This document shows positions 12,291-24,508 of a stretch of 64,000 bases of DNA, piece after piece. The stretch lies in assembly GCA_965649765.1 (NCBI GenBank), contig OZ287758.1:13330001-13394000 (forward strand). Reading direction: 5' to 3'. Within the stretch, counting starts at the first letter, position 1; each line of letters opens with the position of its first letter. Below the pieces are notes generated by a model that made no database searches, was not told the origin of the DNA, and was given only the letters and a program-made list of their open reading frames with translations. The position numbers were made by a program, and so were the translations under genes. This DNA is from Bispira polyomma (lineage: Eukaryota).

Positions 12291-12904
12291 ATGTTGAGAC
12301 TTATATGCTTAACAAATTTTAAGTATTGTAAATGCATATGGTTACCTAGGATAAATGTAATTAAGTTGTGCTTCCCAATGCTAGGCTGATATTGACACTT
12401 GTATTCTTGACAAATGTTGTACTAAAAATGCATATGTTTAACCAGGATAAATGTAATTAAGCTGTAAAATCTTTTAGCTACCAGTAGCGTCAGTTAAATT
12501 ATATCAATAAAAATAAACCTCTAAATTGATCATAGCTACGTTTAAACTGTTCTAATCACAGTTTACTATTCTTCTCCTTTACTAGATAACAATTTTTAAT
12601 CGAATCAAACCATAAAGCATGATAACCTATAACATTTTGTACATGTTTTAGTTTGCCAGTGGGAGATTACCTAGTGTAAATCCTTTATTTATGTTTATTG
12701 TAATTTCCCGTGGACTCAATTTATCATCTCATTCATTTTCCAACAACATGTGTGACTTATACATAAGGTTAGGTTGTTTTAAAGGTATATTTTCCTTTGA
12801 ATTGAGACTGTTCTGTAGCATTTCATGTTTATACTTAATATATTTTCTTCCGTGACTGACACATTACAGAATCGAGCAGCTCCAGGGAAGTTACTGTCAA
12901 ATTG

Positions 12905-14338
12905 TAGTAAATCTAGATTTAAAATATGTCATATAAATGTTTGAAGTGTATGTTCTAATAATTTTTTCAAACTTGATGTGATGAATTCCAAGTTATGCTG
13001 AGATGGCCAATATGATTTGATCTGTATGAGTGAGACATGTTTGGATTCAAGTATACCTGACTCTGATATATTGCCAGAAGGATATAGTGTTTATCATAAT
13101 GATCGAAATAGACATGGGGGTGGTGTAGCTATATACACTGCAGAAAATTTAGCTGTTAAAAATAGAACTGACCTTTGTAACTCAAACTTAGAAGCACTTG
13201 TATTAGAAGTCATTGTAAATTCAAAACATTGTCTAATTGTGTGTTGTTACAGATCACCTGGGGCAACAGTTGAACAAGCTGATAACTTCATTGCTGACTT
13301 TCAGTGTATGTTAGGCTTGATATATAACAGTAAATATGATTCTCTCTTTATATTAGGTGATTTTAATGACCGGTGTATAGACTGGGTTGATGACCATCCA
13401 AGTAGTGAATTAAAGGATAAATTTAAAAATTTGATCAGTGAAAATAATCTTTTTCAAATCATAGAATCTCCAACACACACTACACCAACGTCCGCTCATC
13501 TGCTTGACTTAATTATCACTGATTCTCCTGGTATTATTATGAATCATGGTGTGGCTGAACCAATTGGAGATCCACATCACAATATGATGTTTTGTGAAAC
13601 AGCTATTACTCATGTCAAAGATCATTCTTACACAAGAGATGTGTGGCATTATAACAGGGGTGATTTTGTGAATTTTTGTGGGGAGCTAAAACTTGTACCT
13701 TGGCATGCTCTTAGTGCTCTGGATATTGATGAAGCGATTGTCATTCAAGCTGCCCCGTTTAGCTAAGAGACAGATATATGTGAGCTATGCAAGACCTATA
13801 TTAGAGTATGGGGCAGAATTGTATGATAGCTGCTCTGTTGAACAACAAAAGATGTTAGAATCGATACAATGACACAGTTTTGCTTAACAATTACTGGGGC
13901 CTATAAAGCTACTAAACATAAATGTCTTTTATCTGAATGTGGATTAGAACTGCTCAAGGACAGACGTTTGATAAAAAAATTTGTCCTAATGTATAAAATT
14001 CTGAATCATTATTCTCCAGAATATCTTTACAAGTTATGTCCCAAGGGTGGTGTGCTTGGCTATAATCTGAGAAATAGTACGCATATTCAGTCAAATCTTT
14101 GTAAGAAAGACTATTAAATCATTCCATCAGTTATAAGACTTTGGAACCATGCTCTGTGTGTAAAACTGGTCCAGAAACTGTGACACATTATTTCATAAAA
14201 TGCCCTGCTTATGCTGCTCATAGAGATGAAATGCTACAGAACATAAGTACTCATATACCGGAAATTAATCTACTTGGTAGTCCAAGTGAGTTTATGGCAC
14301 TGGTTTTTTTAAAATTGATTGAACACTATTTGACATAG
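12905..14338 (+). pseudogene. CR1-group ORF2 remnant: APE endonuclease joined by deletion to the post-RT C-terminus
   Basis: Motifs KICHINV, ICMSETCLD, DRNRHGGGVAIY, LGDFN, LLDLIIT and CSVCKTGPETVTHYFIKC. Confidence 0.9.
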
Positions 14339-15957
14339 TACAGTTGTTTAATTCACACACCAATCGGTTCACTATTAATTAGATTTTAATGTCACACATG
14401 TTACATGTCATCCTATCATTCATCTTTTGTACTATGTAATAACTTCCTGTTTTGCTAAATTATCACTCAATAGTGTATCATATTTCTTTTTGTACTATAT
14501 GTTGTTGTTTAACTGTGTAAAATGTGTTTTTGGACAGGAACCCCAAGTGGCTTGTAGCTGTGGGTAATTGTCGTTAAATAAGTTATGTTTAAATAATTTA
14601 CTGTCCTGTCCTGTCCTGATTTTGTTACCCAAACTTAAGAGAGAGGTAAACCCATAAGCAAAATTGCTTTGATTGTGCCACTGTAAGTGTCACTGTCTGC
14701 CACTTAATAACAACTCCTTTTTGTTTGATTTTTTTAATTCCCACGAATATTTGTCAGAGGAAGAAAAACAATCAGTGCCACTTCCACTAGTATTGTTTTC
14801 CTGTCGAATAGGTCCCTTTTGTTTACATTGTGGGAAGAGAAATAAGAGAATGAACTCTTCCCCCCCCCCTCTCTTTACTCGAGAGATTCATTTTCTTCAA
14901 AAGCCTGTTCTGCCAAGACATTGTGTGCTTTTTGACACATTTTTGCAGAACAGTCCCCCCCTTTGTGACATGTGGGTCGTTGCACAATATGTGTAATAAA
15001 ATGAGATTTTTTAAGACCAAGGGTGGCTTCCAAAGTGTCAACATTGCCATGTTTAATGTGTTTTTTTTAAACTCTTTTGTTCCCCTTGCTTGTGTTACAA
15101 ATTTTTGACACCTTACTGTGAATTTTCTTTTCACTGCCACCGGAGGCCCCTTTTTCATTATGTACAAACATACTTAGTACTGCTACTTTGAACCTTTTCG
15201 AGATCAATATAACTAACATCAGGCATTTTAGCCTTGAAATATTCACAAGTTTTCTATATCACTAAATTGTCTAGCAAGCTAAAATCTTTAAATCCAGTAT
15301 TATACACAGCTCTTCCAAAATTTCTAGCTTCTGATCTAATATTACTCATTATGGTCCCTCAGTTTTTTAGCCTTTTTAGACAATTACTGGTTCTGTGACT
15401 ACCTTCACAAGTTTCACAGCTGGGCTTTTAAAACTGGCCACATGTATTATGACTGTTCAGGTATTTACACGTCCTATCCTGGAAAAACCAACAAGACATG
15501 GATCTCTTTTTGTAACACCCTTTTTGCTAGTAGTACTCAAATTTTGGCCATTAAAAACATTGATATTTTGGGAGTCAGTGAAGTGATGTTGCACATAAGC
15601 TCGACATATTATTTCTACTTTCTCTACCTGTAACTAGGACAATTTGTCCATCTCCATATTAGTTAGTACTACTGCATGGCACGCTTTTGTTGCCTTTCAA
15701 ATAAAAGTCGTGTGCATATTCCATCAGTCCCTATATAATCTACCATTGCAATTTCAATTTCTAGGGATGTTTCGTTATGAACAATGCGAGTGAAACCACA
15801 GATACACTGTACCAATGATGAATAGTCATAGCTTGGGCAAGTTGTTGTTTTCAATACATAATTCTGAGGCCATTCAACCACCTTTTTCACAATTACATTG
15901 TTACATCCTGTTCTCTGGAATTTAACTTTACCTTGCGAGGGATTTTTATTAATGGCC

Positions 15958-16712
15958 TTAAGGGTTTAGTAACGTAAACACATAAACTGATTGCCGATAA
16001 CCACGTTACGTGTTTTCGAGGTTCTCTGAAACTGCACAACTTCTATTTTGTTGCCTTAAACTCGGTTTATGAAAAACATATTTACATTTTTATGAGTAGA
16101 AATAATAAAAAATGATATCTATTTTAATTAAATGCTAATTTTTATATTTTACGTGTTGTTTTAATATATATTTTGGGACATATAATACAGTGGCAGTGTG
16201 TAAGATTGTAACAAATATGGTTAATATTTGTCAAAGTACATGCTTCACAAACGTGACACAATTAACCTACAATGAAGAAATCAATAAAAGTATTATACAC
16301 CACTATAAGAAGGAAGACTTCAGCATCGTTTTGAATGAATTCGTTTTTCAATAAGAGCACAAAAATTTTAGAGAAACATTAAAGTTACACTTTTCCAAAC
16401 AGAAAGATATTTTATATTCTTCGTTTTTATAAAATCAGGAAACATATTGACAAAAGTGAATCACCAAAAACAATATACACTTTCTCTAAAGTTGGGTAGA
16501 ATACATAATATCATATTATATGCTGGATCAATACTCGTATTATGTCACAACAAAAAACCTACTCTCCGTGATTTGTTTACAAATATGACATTCCTCCATA
16601 GATTACAACAAGTGTTATAGGGCTTTTTAATCACTTTGTGACAAACTACTTAAGTTTTAAATTGTGTAGGCATAAGAAAATAGTTAAAAAGATTACTAAG
16701 GAATTATTTTAA
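15958..16712. mobile_element. Probable DNA-transposon-derived insertion starting at TTAA (Kolobok-like left end); related end at about 17626; duplicated at about 55570
   Basis: About 750 bp absent from the homologous region near 30470. ttaagggtttagtaacgtaaacacataaa resembles ttaaagctttaccaacgtaaacacacaaa at 17626. No clear right TIR. Confidence 0.35.
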
Positions 16713-17299
16713 GGCTGCCATAGTGTGTATATAGGCAAAAATAAACTGATGCACATGTAGTATGATTGTAGTAGCAATCTGTCTCAAGAAATTGACACTA
16801 GACACGATACTGTCAGTAACTGTAACACAACTTGATTGACATTCACCTTCATTTACAGAAGTAGTAAAAACATAGACTCACATTTTTACTTTTGAGGTTG
16901 TCTACCAACGCTGCCTCCGGGAGTTGAGCTTGTTGGTCCATTTGCTCCAAAAATGGCAGAGTGACTGTGATTGCTTGAAAATCGCTGTTGACACAGCAGA
17001 TTGTTTATCCACTGGCCGCCACCAACGAGTTCACATTAATCATGTCAACAATGACTTCCTTTACTAAATCATCTGCACGAGCCATACAATTTCTTCCAAC
17101 CGGCGGTTTGTGTTTTTGAAAGCAATTTGGACAAAAAAACAATCTTAATACCTGGCAAGACTAACAGCAAGAATAAAACAGTAAAATATCTGTAAAAACG
17201 TAAAATAAACAAGTAAAATAAACAAACTCTTTGCCACACCAGGTATAATATTTTTCAATACTTCTCCTCTGTAAACGATGTGGGAAAATATTAAAGGGG

Positions 17300-17335
17300 A
17301 TCGCTTATATACCTGGCCAGGCATCCCATAATAGT
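17300..17335 (-). promoter_or_regulatory. Candidate TATA-box promoter at the 5' end of YR element A (also about 30700 and 56925)
   Basis: Minus strand reads attatgggatgcctggccaggTATATAAgc. Conserved in diverged copy 3, close to where homology between copies ends. Confidence 0.35.
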
Positions 17336-17499
17336 AATCTAACTGGTACCCCAGAACTAACCCCGCTATCGCCGTTATCCTGCTGTATGGATTTTATAGT
17401 TCTAAAAATAACTATAAAGGATAAGTAAATTGCATCAAGTTACTCAGATTTTGTTCTTTATATATACTTCACTTTGTATATTTTATATTATATATCAGT

Positions 17500-17630
17500 G
17501 ATTTTGAAATTCCCTGAAAATTTTAGAGATTTCATGAAATCACTGACCAATTCAGGTGTTTCATGAAATCCCTGAAATTTTAAGGAATTACTGATTAAAT
17601 CCATGAAATTTTAAGGAATCACTGATTAAA
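17500..17630. repeat. Degenerate minisatellite (tgaaatccctgaaatttt-like units)
   Basis: Repeated tgaaat(t/c)cctgaaa and aaggaat(t/c)actgattaaa units; copy at about 57118-57245. Confidence 0.6.
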
Positions 17631-18014
17631 GCTTTACCAACGTAAACACACAAATGCGTAGCCCGTAAATTATACTTTAGTTATGAAAATGTTTTAACTA
17701 TAAGTGTCCACTATGGCATCCTTATATTATATCTTGATTGTTTTAACCATTTTTATATGTAAATTTTATTTAAAAATTCAATATTTCTTTGCAAAGTGAT
17801 TGAAACCTCCATTTAACGAATATTGTATTGTGACGGCTTATAAACAGAAATATGAGAGTGTTTTCCAAAATCTGCTGTGTCCCCATATTTTAGCGTTTAC
17901 TTACGGTGAGATCATTCAAAATGATTACTGTTCTTCATACAGCTGACAACAAGGGAACCAGAATTTTGTATACGTTTTTAAAAGCCCCGATTTTCATTTT
18001 TACAATAGAAATGG

Positions 18015-18275
18015 ACGATTTGCCTGGTCAAAATGAATTAGTTTCTTTTCTCAAACCTATACGTAGACAAAAGCCCTGGGTTTGAAAGGTGGGTACTTGT
18101 ATTTCAGCTTGTTTTGTTATGTCTTTAACATATAACTTGGACAAAATCGCCTTGGTCAAAATAATTTACTTTTGCATTCAACCTATAACTTGAACAAAAT
18201 TGCCCTGGTCAAAATTAATTGTTTTTTGGTCTCCTACTTTTAACTTTGATAAAATTGCCCTAGTGAAAATGACAC
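18015..18275. repeat. Dispersed short repeats gacaaaatcgccctggtcaaaat (about 4-5 degenerate copies)
   Basis: Motif variants at about 18020, 18140, 18192 and 18250; copy at about 57630-57885. Confidence 0.55.
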
Positions 18276-19320
18276 GAACAGGTACCCAGGTGCGTACGCC
18301 AACCCATGGTCACTTAAGTCAGTGACTTCATCAGCTAATGTATTTATTCTTATCAAATGAATATTCATCGGTCACTGATTGCTTGTTTGTGTTTCATCAC
18401 TAACCCCTTAAATAGATCCCCTGTAACATTTATAATTCATACTTTGAGTCATCCAAAATCTGTTTATTTGTACGTATGTGAAACATGTCTCTTAGAAAAC
18501 CAGTGCACACCACACTAAAGGTGCTTAAATTTACAATAAATAATGGAAAGTGTGAAATGATAACTTAAACAATATTTGGAATTACTGTACACTGCAAGTT
18601 TAAAAGTATATAATGGTCACCTAATAAAACACCATGTCATGGCATTTGATCCAATATGTAAATGCAATTGTTAATTACATTTATGTAGGTCTGGTAGGTA
18701 AATACCAGGTTTAACATATTTAAATATTGGGATTGTAAGACTTTGAGACTTGTAAACCAATTGTAGACCAATTAATATGTCAAAATACTTAAATAAAAGT
18801 GCAAACTCCATAAATTTAACACTACAGGAGAGTCTTACAGGACACAGGATAATGTTAGAAGAAAAAATCTGACAGACTGTTTAACATAGGATGCTATCTC
18901 AATGATAAGCAGGCCTGTATTACAAACAATAGCAAGAAATGAATATCAAGGAACTCTATTGGAGGAAATTACACAGGCATTTTTTAAGAAAAACATATTG
19001 TTCAGTAGAGAAAAGTGATTTTAAAATTATTACAGGTACTTTTAAATCAATTAAAAATCAGAAAAAGGTGATTAAAATCAATACTGCAGGTTATTTACAT
19101 TTTGGGCAAAATTTTTATTTATTTACTAAAATATTTTTAACAATATTTTGCACTCTTGATACATATCTCAAAAGCAAGGAAACAAATTATCTGATCCCTT
19201 TGCCACCACCATGGATTAACTGCTCTCAGGCTGTTGTAACTCTCCAAACAATCTGCCAATCTACAAATGCCATAGTAATCATATTTACAACTTATACAGG
19301 CTTTTGGTAATAGTTCAACT

Positions 19321-20579
19321 TTAGATTTTATTATGGAAATTATATGTCAACTTCATGTCTTTGAATAGAGATGACTCAACAATACTATATGGAATATTTT
19401 TGTAAACAAATTGTGAGTCATTTGATTTACAATACTCTTGGGGTACTCTCACTTTTGGAATATATCTGTAGCACCCCAACTCATAATTCATTGCACACAC
19501 TGCCTTTTTGAGGTTTCTCATTTCGAGGGCCATTAATATACAGTCACCCCCTGTAATAATAAATGACTCAGTGAATTGTCCCCTTTGTACAACCATTTTT
19601 TTCTTTGCCATTTTCTGTACTTCCTGCCAGCTGTCTAAAACCAACAGAATACCGTCATAGATATCTTCACAAAAGCTTTTTGCAGAAGCCAAAATCCTTT
19701 GAAAATCTCTGACCTCCACTGTAAAAGATCTCCCAGCTGCTTTCACTTTCATTTTGTGAATATGGAGGAAATATTTATACAAGTCATAATCCAGGGATGA
19801 CATATTCCTGTGCCTTTCGTACAGAGCTCCATACTGCTCTGGATTATCGTCTTTGTTTAAGTATGTAGCCTTTTTATGGGTGACATAAATGATATCTTTC
19901 ATTTCCCAACAGAGTTTCCTCTTGAATAGAACCAGGCTCTCATCGTAAAACTCATTAATTATAACAACTGGGAAGTCTTCTTCAATCTTTTGAATACTGT
20001 GTGCTAGGTATGTTGTATTTTTCAAAGCCTTGGCAACGTCATAACAAAAATATTTATACATAGTATTTTCCAGGTACATACCTCTTTTTAGTCTGTACCG
20101 CTTCAAATCTGGATCAAAATAAGCGTCTCTGAGAAGTGTTTTAATGGGATCACCTTCATCAATGATGTCTGTAAATATGGGCTTTTTATATTCCATAAAA
20201 TAAAAAAAAGACCTAAAATTGTCAAATGGATGCCGTAAGGTGGCTACAAAAACAGTATCTGCATGCATAAGTTTAAGAATTTTATTTTTGTTGTAAGAAG
20301 AATGAGTAGAGTGTATGTCAAACTTGAAATATTTCTCCTCCTCAGGTTCATATTTCACATTTCCATACAGAGAATTGGGATGTGTTGTTATTGTTGTTTG
20401 TGTCAGATTTTTCTCTATGGACTTTCTCATTAATATATTACTAAAGGTGGAGCTTCCTGTCTTTGGGACCTTCAGGTAGTAAACATGTAGGTGCGGCTCA
20501 CAATAGCTATTTCTGGATTCGCTTTCCACTGTGGACACATATGCTAATTCAGTATTTGTCTCTGGGATGATGGACATTC
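19321..20579 (-). CDS. Galactose-3-O-sulfotransferase-family protein (GAL3ST-like), copy A, catalytic exon
   Basis: 5'-PSB motif LKVPKTGSSTFSNIL, 3'-PB motif TLRHPFDNFRSFFYF, INEFYDESLVLFKRKLCW and SLDYDLYKYF. Phase-1 acceptor ttttatgttag|GA at 20580/20579. Confidence 0.9.
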
Positions 20580-20979
20580 CTAACATAAAATGGACAAAGG
20601 ATAGGTATCACACAGTTCTTATATACATGTTACTATTAATGCTTCACCTCAATAGAAATGTTATAGAAATGATTTAAATATTAAAAATAGATATATTAAA
20701 TGCCCCTTCAGATTGTTACATATTTTAACAAATCTTTACACTTTATATTATTGAACAAATATTTCTAGGACTATCTTTGCAAAGGAAGTTCTTTATTAAA
20801 AAATTACATTTGTCAAGTTAATCGATCTTTTCAATTTGGGGATAAAATCATTTCTTAAATTGCCCAGTCATTCAGTGACACTTTAAAAGCTGCCATAACT
20901 TTCTAAAAGATTTATATTTGTGAGTATGACATCAATTATCTGACTATTATTACAAATAATACATGACAATTACACTCAC

Positions 20980-21070
20980 CAATTTGTTTGGTATTGGTAG
21001 AATACCATAACCCATAGGTTATTACCAGGACAAATACCATAATTGGGAGCACCACAAATCTCTTAATCAC
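20980..21070 (-). CDS. GAL3ST-like copy A signal-anchor (type II transmembrane) exon
   Basis: Translates (VIK)RFVVLPIMVFVLVITYGLWYSTNTKQI-G and ends G|gtgagt in phase 1. This matches the phase-1 acceptor of the catalytic exon across a 400-bp intron. The exon's 5' boundary is uncertain. Confidence 0.8.
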
Positions 21071-21741
21071 ACAAGGAGAAGAAAAAAATGCTCTTTATTA
21101 AGTGAATTATTTGTCAAGATTAGTATTAATATCATTAATATTAATGGCTTCACAGCACAAATGAATCAAGAACACTAATTAAGATATAAATACAAAACTA
21201 ATACATAGTAACACAAATACTAAGCATTTGTATCAGTCATTTATTTATTTAAAGCACTTGTATAGTCACAAAACAATAATGTACAAGAAAGCACAATATT
21301 TTGAGGTTAAATTTTATTGAAATATATCCGGACAATTGCTTTTAATTTTGGATATTTCTTCAAAAGGATATAATGTTAATTTATTATACATCCTTATTTC
21401 AATATAACATCTAAAAACTTGACCTATAATCAACTTCAAAGAATTCACCAAAATTTATTTAGTTTACTGTAGGAAAAGTAGGGAAAATTAATTCCCACTG
21501 AAAATGTTCACTATAATACATATATGGAACTGACCTGTCCATTTTGTCAAATGGAGAAACATGTATTGACTAAAAATGCAATATGAATACTTAAAAGTAT
21601 GGAATGATTTATCCTTACATTATTATATAAACACAATTTTTAATAGCACTGAACTTTATCAAAGTGTATGTACATATTGAAATATAAAAACACTGTTTAT
21701 ATTAAGCAATGGATTGTTGATATAAAAAGGAATTTACTGAC

Positions 21742-21765
21742 CCTGCCGGATATTATTTCATCCAT
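21742..21765 (-). CDS. Candidate first coding micro-exon of GAL3ST-like A (MDEIISGR)
   Basis: ATG...AGG|gtcagt in phase 0 would join ttttcttctccttgtgtgattaag|AGA in frame. ATG and donor are also present at 33409-33432 and 61363-61386. Speculative. Confidence 0.35.
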
Positions 21766-21784
21766 GATAAGCAAGCATGAAACT

Positions 21785-22078
21785 TTAGTTGTGAAATAAA
21801 ATACAGTTTTTGTTCAAATAAAAATAGTTGCAAACTAAAATACAGCTCTATGTTCAAATTAAAATGCTGGTGATGCAATAAACAATGGGATCAATATATA
21901 TTTCTTTCTTCAAATATGACAATCATATTGATTTAGTTGCAAATCAAAATACAGTTCTTGTTCAAATAAAAATAGTTGCAAACTAAAATATAGCTCAATG
22001 TTCAAAATAAAATGCAGGTGATACAATAAACAATGGGATCAATATATATTTCTTTCTTCAAATATGACAATCATATTG
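21785..22078 (+). repeat. Tandem duplication of about 148 bp upstream of GAL3ST-like A (copy at about 61406-61699; single copy near paralog B)
   Basis: Two adjacent copies of ttagttg...caaatatgacaatcatattg. Confidence 0.85.
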
Positions 22079-22829
22079 TTTGTGCTAGAGGTAGAGAAAA
22101 TACATTAGCCTGACCTTATACATGTACAATGTGCTATCGATGGGCTAGTAACTAATAACAACCACTTTGTACTTGTACAAACACCTCGTCAATGCATATT
22201 TACTGACACCCATAAAGCAATGTCATCAATATATATTTCTTGCTTTAAAAAACGACAATTATATTGATTGAGCGGGAGGCAGCACAATACCTCTGCCTGC
22301 ATAACCTTATACGATGTATTACCTATGGGCTGGTGACTAATTAGACTCACATTGTAATGTACACAATGTACATTGTACCAAACACCTTGTCACTGCATTT
22401 TTACTGTTACTGTTCACTGGTCACCCCTACTCCTGTATAAACATCTAAACATATATCCCCAGGTTAAAACAAAACAAATACAAATCAAGATTTACAATTA
22501 TACATTTTATATAAAGATATTTTCTATTTTAGTACTTTTTGGTTTGCACACCTTCATTGGTTGCCAATTATACTGGATTTTAAAACCTCTTACATAAACT
22601 GAATTAAACTGGATATCAAATAGTCATTTGGTGCATTTATATTCTAGCATACGACATGCAATTTTAAAATATATACAATAACAAATATTCCAAAACCAGT
22701 TGGAGACCAGTATTATAAGAAAAAGGCAATACCAGAAAAACTGGAAGCCATAATAAATCATAGGATACTAACATAACCAGATTAAAAATATAACCTGATT
22801 GAAGGAAATGCAGCTATCGGAAGCATAGT

Positions 22830-23040
22830 GTATAATGGCTGGCAGCAGAGTACCTTCCTTTAAATACCTCAAATCAAACTCCCAATTCAAGCTGAAGTCG
22901 GCAGGCGTAATAGGTTCTCTTCATGGAGTAATTTCAGGTAAACAAAACAAATCTCTTAAGTCAGATTGATTTAGACAAAGGACATAAAGGACGTAAAGAT
23001 AACAGTAAATTACTTTGTGTAGTGTAAGTACAGATCCTGG
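22830..23040 (+). pseudogene. Gag-like remnant of a further YR retrotransposon (plus strand); longer copy at about 34080-34540, duplicate at about 62450
   Basis: MAGSRVPSFKYLKSNSPIQAEVGRR...GKQNKSLKS resembles the family B gag region (SNSKI*AEVYQRIQEY...LKSGR). Confidence 0.45.
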
Positions 23041-23904
23041 GCATGCTGTATATATTAACTACCAATGCTACTATAGGCCCAATAACTCACCTCTGTTCAA
23101 ATTGCAAGTAGATTCACATTTGATTCCCCCACTGATTCCCATGTCAGAAGAAACTTAAACATGATTCACATATAATTACACAAACACTTTATACAGAACC
23201 GCTAAATTGTGTTACTCTGACCAAGTCAGATTTCCATAAATAATCCTTACATCCTAAATTTAAACGTTTTTTGGGTGTAATTTTAAACAGGCAGGTTGGA
23301 TTTTTTTTAGCTCTGACAAAGTTTTAATTTTTGTACATTTCCGGCATCAACATAAAAAAGATGTGATATAAAGAAATAAGGGATTAGTGACATCACCTGG
23401 ATAGAAATAATGACAGATTGATATGTAAAACATGTTTTTTATGTGATTTCAGTTTAAAAATATTGTGTGTAATATTACCAAAACCAGTGAAGCATAAAGA
23501 GAACCAAAGAGGGGTTGACAGAGAAAATGTGTGCTAATCAACAGAGTTAATATATTGAAAGTACTTGTGGACAGGTCTAGTGAACTAGGGGCCAAAACCA
23601 GTAAAGCATTAAGTGCACCAAAAATAGGCTGACAGAGTTATACTGGCAGTATATGTTGACAAGTCTAGTGAACTGGGAACTTTGTGTTTTAACATTTCAT
23701 TTGAGTTTAGCCAGTACTAATTGAAAGTGTCCTAAATATAGACCTATTCTGTGACAAGTACATCTAAATATATAAGGAAGGTAGAAAAGAATGTGGCAGA
23801 AAATATAGGATTTATTGTGTCTTGTTCATAGCAAATAGATACCAATTGTAAGTAAAACATAAAAAATTGCCACAGACAATACAAGTCAAATAAGGGTTAT
23901 AAAG

Positions 23905-24500
23905 ATGTCTAACCGGACTCCCCAAACTAAGAGACCCAATACAGATATGACATATTCTCCAGAAGGGCAATTGATGGATAAAGAAACGACTATTAGACAC
24001 TTATCTAACACCAGTAAAAGAAGAATTGAGTGATTTAAAAAATAAATTTGAGGTTCAACAATTGGAGCACAGAGAGGCTTTAAATACAGTAAAAGAAGAA
24101 ATGAAGCAATTACAAGCTGAAAATGTGACATTGAAGCAGCAGTTGAGGAGAGTTGAGCATTTTCAAAGGAAGAATAACCCCAGAATTGTCGGTATACCAA
24201 AGGTTAAAGACGAAAATTTGGACACTTGTGTAATTAGACAATGACTGTCTAAATCATGACCAACAGTTTCATGAGAAGACACTAGAGCGCATACACCGAT
24301 TAGGCCCATTTAAGAGAGGGATAACCAGGGTAGTGATTGCAAGGTTTACAAATTTTTAGGACAAAATCACGGCCTTGCAAGCGAGACATCAGATGAGACA
24401 GAAACACAGATTCATTATGTCTGATGATGTGTCTCGAGAAACAGACAACAAAATATTGTTTCCAGTTGTTGCAGCTTTGCGATCTTTCATACAGGATGGC
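23905..24500 (+). pseudogene. LINE ORF1 N-terminal part (coiled coil + RRM), frameshifted
   Basis: MSNRTPQTKRP..., heptad-rich LQAENVTLKQQLRRVEHFQRKNNPRIVGIP, then LERIHRLGPFKRGITRVVIARFTNF*DK. Confidence 0.75.
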
Positions 24501-24508
24501 CCGGCAAA

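Larger units (their letters stand above)
10451..14595 (+). mobile_element. CR1-group LINE (5'UTR, ORF1, ORF2), copy 1, with RT deleted
   Basis: 11-bp TSD atttactgtcc at 10440-10450 and 14596-14606. ORF1, APE and C-terminal zinc motif are present. Relative to copy 2 it lacks 1496 bp at about 13733. Confidence 0.85.
4860..17345 (-). mobile_element. YR retrotransposon family A, copy 2, interrupted by a MITE, an L1/Tx1 fragment and a CR1-group LINE
   Basis: YR C-terminal remnant (TFAFNKNVFLQNIM) at about 4890-4935. RNase H at 5800-6130 resumes at 8160. RT remnant at about 8200-9250. Homologous to copies 1, 3 and 4. Confidence 0.75.
3764..24379 (+). repeat. Segmental duplication unit 1 (direct copy at 44050-64000+)
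   Basis: Near-identical collinear sequence from tcatactcttgg (3764/44050) to ...ggccttgca (24379/64000). Major differences are the L1 insertion at 6142-8159 and a 1.5-kb deletion in the CR1 element, both specific to unit 1. Confidence 0.95.

Noticed and set aside
14673-15890. Short ORFs recurring at about 3100-3460 and 54277-55502
   Set aside because: Fragments of the low-complexity upstream region of the YR-A element or its antisense; frames differ between copies.
18939-19310. 123-aa plus-strand ORF repeated at 58552-58923
   Set aside because: Antisense to the presumed GAL3ST 3'UTR with no motifs; its recurrence is explained by the recent duplication.
20580-20586. ORF-track start MLG for the sulfotransferase as a single-exon gene
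   Set aside because: That ATG lies inside the intron acceptor; a phase-compatible TM exon exists upstream.
23886-24200. Hydrophobic antisense ORF (also 63507-63821) as an ORF0-like gene
   Set aside because: Typical shadow of a Lys/Glu-rich coiled-coil sense frame; no independent support.
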